64,000 nucleotides of DNA from a virus. Shown one piece after another: positions 60,300-64,000 of the stretch. The first letter of the stretch is position 1; every line of letters starts with the position of its first letter. Under the pieces are notes generated by a model. That model ran no database searches. It saw nothing but the letters and a program-made list of their open reading frames with translations, and was not told where the DNA came from. Location: the IMG/VR virus record IMGVR_UViG_3300031964_000018; one strand, written 5' to 3'. Position numbers and translations under genes: made by a program.

Positions 60300-61535
60300 T
60301 TACAGAGCGCCCAAACGCGACAGCTCTTGCTTGAGCGTCATGCGTTGATCCATGTTGAGACCAGCCGCCTTGAGTGAGACGTCGAGTTCGGAGACCTTGA
60401 GCTTCGCGTCGCCCTCGGGCAGCGTGATAGACGCCCTGGCAAGCAAGCTGGTGATCATCGGGCTGACGGTTTTGCGATCGGGAGCGGCGGCAGCGGCGAT
60501 AGCCTTCGCTTCAGCATCCTTGGCCTTCGTCTCCGCAGCGGCGAGCTGATCGACGAGCGGCTTGGTGGCGGCTTCGACGGCAGTCTTGACGGCTGTCTCG
60601 ATCGCAAGGGTCTGCGCGGCAGCGATGCGCTGCACTTCAGCGGCCTGATCGAGTGCTTCCTTGACGGCAGCCTTGACGTCGACCACGGCGGGCGCAACGA
60701 CAGTGGCTGCACCGGCTTCGATCTTGGTGAGGCGATCGCCGAAAGGCTTGAGCGCGCCGTCCAGGATTACCTTCAGTTCTTCGGGGGTCATTTTTATTTC
60801 TCCTGCTTCGGCGGATGCCGCAAGCGATGTGGTTGTGTAGGCAGCCTTGTCCTTGCGGAGAATCGCTGCGCCGGTGAAAGACAGATCGGTGATCGTGAGA
60901 ATGTCGGCGCTCGGGTCTTCGATCGTCAGACGTTGCGCTTCAAAGCTGAAGCCCAGGACTTTCTTGAGATCTTTGATGAGTGCCGCCGTCTCTGGAAAAT
61001 CGGCTGCGTAGATGAAGCCCTCGATCGCGATCGCGTTGCCAACGATGTTGGCTGACGTGATGATGCCAATCTTTTCCTGGGCATCGTGACCGTCGAACGA
61101 AGGAGTGAAGTTGACCGCCATACCCATCAGAGAGGAAAGTGCCCTCTCCGCTGCTCCGGCAGTGACGATGATCCGACGCCCGTGCGCGCCACCAGGGGCG
61201 CCGTCGGACGGCTGATCAAGTCGCGTCAGGATGCCAGAGAACGGCATCTTGTTCGGGTGATCTGAATTGGAGATGTTGAGCGCCATTGCCTCAAGGCTGA
61301 TGGCTTTCAACTTATGCCAGTCGCTGGTGTCGACATCTAGTTCGACAGCACGAGCGATGATTAGGTGACGAGCTTCGCGCTTCTCGTCGATTGAAAGCCC
61401 TTGCGTGTTCTCGACGTTGTACCAAGAGAGCTTGGTATTGTGAGCGTCGTTGATACGAAGCTTGCGCTTGCCAGGAACTGCGAACTGATCGTCTGCGAGG
61501 GCTGCGATGCCCTTCTTGTCTAGTTTTACGTTCAT
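60300..61535 (-). CDS. Prohead protease (HK97/S78-like) fused to a coiled-coil scaffold region (411 aa)
   Basis: The segment FDGHDAQEKIGIITSANIVGNAIAIEGFI resembles the S78 protease core. The C-terminal half is Ala/Lys/Glu-rich coiled coil. Confidence 0.6.
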   Translation of the reverse strand: MNVKLDKKGIAALADDQFAVPGKRKLRINDAHNTKLSWYNVENTQGLSIDEKREARHLIIARAVELDVDTSDWHKLKAISLEAMALNISNSDHPNKMPFSGILTRLDQPSDGAPGGAHGRRIIVTAGAAERALSSLMGMAVNFTPSFDGHDAQEKIGIITSANIVGNAIAIEGFIYAADFPETAALIKDLKKVLGFSFEAQRLTIEDPSADILTITDLSFTGAAILRKDKAAYTTTSLAASAEAGEIKMTPEELKVILDGALKPFGDRLTKIEAGAATVVAPAVVDVKAAVKEALDQAAEVQRIAAAQTLAIETAVKTAVEAATKPLVDQLAAAETKAKDAEAKAIAAAAAPDRKTVSPMITSLLARASITLPEGDAKLKVSELDVSLKAAGLNMDQRMTLKQELSRLGAL

Positions 61536-61550
61536 GGTGGGCGAAGCCCC

Positions 61551-61868
61551 TTAGAGGTGGTAGGAAAGACCGATCAGGAATTCCTTGGTGTCGCCGTTTG
61601 ACTTATCGATCGCGACTTTAAGGAACGGCTTGATCTCAGCCAGGCGCTGATGGATCGCGTGACGTTCGTCAGTGAAGCCATCGAGTTCAACAAGTGCGCC
61701 TGCCCATGCTTTGCGCTCGGGCTCATCCTCGTAGACGAATGGGTTCTCAAGGGACTCTGGGACCGCCAGCTTCTCAGCATCCCGACTGACGTTCTCTGCG
61801 TCAGCTTCCTTGCGAAGCTCTTCGGCTTCCAGCTCGGCCATCAATTCCTCTTCTGTCTGATCGGCCAT
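61551..61868 (-). CDS. Hypothetical acidic protein (105 aa)
   Basis: Track ORF. Confidence 0.6.
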   Translation of the reverse strand: MADQTEEELMAELEAEELRKEADAENVSRDAEKLAVPESLENPFVYEDEPERKAWAGALVELDGFTDERHAIHQRLAEIKPFLKVAIDKSNGDTKEFLIGLSYHL

Positions 61869-62089
61869 TATGCAAGCTCCGCAAGCACGGAGACGAGAGC
61901 AGCATGATTAGCTGAGTCACCACCGCTCGACGGGTACACAGAGATGATCTGAGACATAACTACCTTGAGTTCGGCGACGTGCTGCTTTGCCAGAGACACC
62001 AGCGCGTTGACATCGATTGCCAGTGCCGACATCGCGGTCTTGGACGACGCGGTCGTTACGATCGCGTTGAGGTCCGTCATTACAGTCAT
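61868..62089 (-). CDS. Hypothetical protein (73 aa)
   Basis: Internal ATG (MTVMTDLNAI...). The upstream part of the track ORF is Arg-rich. Confidence 0.5.
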   Translation of the reverse strand: MTVMTDLNAIVTTASSKTAMSALAIDVNALVSLAKQHVAELKVVMSQIISVYPSSGGDSANHAALVSVLAELA

Positions 62090-62100
62090 ATTGTGATTCC

Positions 62101-62415
62101 TTACGCGGCGACGACGAGAACGTCGAAGGTGCCGGCGGGCAGCGTGGTCGCGGCGAGCAGCGGCGCCAGGTTGACCGTGAAGCCGAAGGTCGTCTTCGCG
62201 GAGATCCAGGCGATGCACGCCTGATAGTTCGTCACGATGACTTGGAACGTGGGCGGTAGCGCTTCGGCGAAGGTCACGACAGTCGAGACCGTCTGGCCGG
62301 CGCCGCCGCCAATCAGGTTTGCAACTGCGAGCTGCTGGCCGAAGACCATTCGATCGGTAAAGTCCGGGGTGCTGGAACCGTCGATAACAGCAGTGACCCG
62401 CTTATTGATAGCCAT
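62101..62415 (-). CDS. Hypothetical protein (104 aa)
   Basis: Track ORF. Confidence 0.6.
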   Translation of the reverse strand: MAINKRVTAVIDGSSTPDFTDRMVFGQQLAVANLIGGGAGQTVSTVVTFAEALPPTFQVIVTNYQACIAWISAKTTFGFTVNLAPLLAATTLPAGTFDVLVVAA

Positions 62416-62420
62416 GTGGC

Positions 62421-63776
62421 TTAATCCTTCTTGGATGTTTTGGGTTTGGTCTTAGTGGTCTTGCTGCCACTAGACAGATTCTTGTCGTCGACCTGTGCGG
62501 CGCCGCGCGCAGCCTGTATTGCGATGTCGACATCGGCCTTGAGCATGTCCGAGAATGGATTGGTGCTCGGCGGCTGGCCGCGCTTCTCTCGGTACTGGTT
62601 CGGTGTGATAGCGTTGTTCTCGTATTCTATGCCGAACACTTCAGCGAGGTTTAGCTCGTCGTCGGACTCGATGCCCTTGAAGCGAAACTCAAGCTGAGAG
62701 AAGCCGAGCTTGGCGTGAAGAGCTTCGCGAGTGATGTGCGAAGCCATCAAATGCGCGACGGGCTTAATAGCCTGCCGACGATCGCGATCCTCGGACGTCT
62801 CGGAAGTGTTGCGATTGACGTCGCGCTCGAGGCCGAGGTTCTGCGGACTGATATCGAAAGCCGTTGCCAGCTCGCGGATCAGGAATTCCTGGTACTGGAG
62901 ATAGAGCCCGTCGTCGCCTTCGGGGAACAGCTTCATCACCGACGGGCCGCGGGCCTTCTCGGCGCCGGCCATGCCTGTGATCGGCATAACACCCTGGCCT
63001 TCGACCTCGTTGCGCCAGTAGCTGCGGAACGCCCCAAGCGTTTCGGCCGTAGCGCCCTCGCCGAGATCGAGCAGGATAGACGGTCGAGAGTTGGTGGCGA
63101 CGTTGCCGGCGAACTCGCCGACGCCCAGGATCCTCGAAATCGTATTGAACGCGATCTCGAGCGGGCCATGACCGAACGGCGTCGCGGTCGACGGGTTCGG
63201 CCGGATGTACATCAGCTCGTCGTTGCGCAGCGGGATCATTTCTGAGTTGGACCCCGTGAAGGATCCGTAGCCGACGACTTGGACGTAACGGGCTTCGTTT
63301 AGCCCTCCGGACCAACCGGGATAGATTTGAATAGTGAGGCCGTCGACCGGCCACATCCAGAGCGGACGCAGAGGGTTTCCGCTGTCCTGCATCTCGATTG
63401 CGCCGGCGCCGAGGAGAATGTCTTCGGCTACCTGTTCGAATAGCGTTCGCGCACTATCATCACCGTTCGGATGATCGATGCAGTATGAAGCGACTTCGAT
63501 CTGACGCTGCAGTTCACTGTTGGGATGCAGACCATCCGACGGTACGATCTCCCATTCCAGCATCGCGATCGGGTTCTTGATCGAATTGATGGCGCGACGC
63601 GCGTACGGATTGAGAGAGAACCACCGAAGATTCCGCGGCGTCGGTTTGTAGGCAAGCTTCTTGGCGCTTCCGATGTTGTTCTGTGGAATTAGATTCGGGA
63701 ACGCTATGGTGTCGCGGTGCGGCTCCTGCTTACGCCGCCCTGGGCGACCGCCCTTGAAGATATCGAGCAGCGCCAT
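62421..63776 (-). CDS. Portal protein (451 aa)
   Basis: It lies immediately downstream of the large terminase. Size and position are typical. Confidence 0.75.
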   Translation of the reverse strand: MALLDIFKGGRPGRRKQEPHRDTIAFPNLIPQNNIGSAKKLAYKPTPRNLRWFSLNPYARRAINSIKNPIAMLEWEIVPSDGLHPNSELQRQIEVASYCIDHPNGDDSARTLFEQVAEDILLGAGAIEMQDSGNPLRPLWMWPVDGLTIQIYPGWSGGLNEARYVQVVGYGSFTGSNSEMIPLRNDELMYIRPNPSTATPFGHGPLEIAFNTISRILGVGEFAGNVATNSRPSILLDLGEGATAETLGAFRSYWRNEVEGQGVMPITGMAGAEKARGPSVMKLFPEGDDGLYLQYQEFLIRELATAFDISPQNLGLERDVNRNTSETSEDRDRRQAIKPVAHLMASHITREALHAKLGFSQLEFRFKGIESDDELNLAEVFGIEYENNAITPNQYREKRGQPPSTNPFSDMLKADVDIAIQAARGAAQVDDKNLSSGSKTTKTKPKTSKKD

Positions 63777-63782
63777 GGTGCC

Positions 63783-64000
63783 TCATGCGAAAAAGAATGT
63801 TGAGGCGGAATCGCTGAGCATCAGCTCAGTGAGCGCCCAGACCATCGCGTCCAATCGGTCAGGCGAGTAGCCTGCCGTCGAGCGGTCAAAATCCTGAGTG
63901 AAGGCGCACATCTGATCTTCGAGCTGAGAGAACCCCCCAACGTGATGGACGCGGCCCTGTTCATAGAGTGCGCTGATTGGTTCGGCCCGAATGGCCTTGC
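63783..64000 (-). CDS. Terminase large subunit, C-terminal end (partial; continues beyond the window)
   Basis: Read by eye on the minus strand: KAIRAEPISALYEQGRVHHVGGFSQLEDQMCAFTQDFDRSTAGYSPDRLDAMVWALTELMLSDSASTFFFA*. This is the conserved terminase nuclease-domain C-terminus. It is absent from the ORF track because the start lies outside the window. Confidence 0.8.
   Translation of the reverse strand, partial: KAIRAEPISALYEQGRVHHVGGFSQLEDQMCAFTQDFDRSTAGYSPDRLDAMVWALTELMLSDSASTFFFA

Noticed and set aside
59291-60334. A 347-aa plus-strand ORF
   Set aside because: It is antisense to the major capsid gene, its translation is Arg/Asp/Gly-rich, and it has no ribosome-binding-site context.

Overview
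The window reads as a near-complete genome of a temperate contractile-tailed phage with a P2/Mu-like tail module, at about 60% GC. A phage-encoded GcrA-like regulator next to a beta-class DNA methyltransferase suggests an alphaproteobacterial host. There are four blocks. (1) 128-13671, minus strand: early, replication and DNA-metabolism genes. These include a serine recombinase, GcrA-like protein, N6/N4 methyltransferase, DUF4406-like protein, all-alpha dNTP pyrophosphohydrolases, ParA plus a winged-helix protein, VRR-NUC, a Cas4-like exonuclease, MazG and a prim-pol/SF3 primase-helicase. (2) 13786-15077: an immunity region holding an S24 (LexA/CI-like) repressor gene, flanked by an inverted pair of about 45-bp elements rich in TAGGTAGG. 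(3) 15119-27952, plus strand: many small genes, a protein with only an IS110 Transposase_20-like domain, a ProQ/FinO protein, two paralogous C5-cytosine methyltransferases, a tyrosine integrase and an AT-rich attP-like region (27937-28130). (4) 28429-64000, minus strand: accessory and lysis genes, then tail, head and the 3' end of the large terminase. The integrase and att region sit between phage modules rather than at an end, so the sequence appears to be in phage (unintegrated or circularly permuted) topology. The most interesting signals are non-coding. Two near-identical modules, each (TACC)n - TTGACACGAAGG promoter - short leader - intrinsic terminator, resemble lambda Q/PR'/tR' late control. 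A 78-bp tandem repeat with compensatory GNRA hairpins lies immediately upstream of the ProQ/FinO gene. A 440-bp intergenic region is packed with hairpins and carries two copies of a 42-nt hairpin module. There is also a canonical A_AAA_AAC -1 frameshift in the tail chaperone gene, a gene that seems to need a CTG start or a frameshift, and several coupled micro-ORFs of 22-35 aa that encode membrane peptides. All functional calls rest on motifs recognised by eye; no database search was run.
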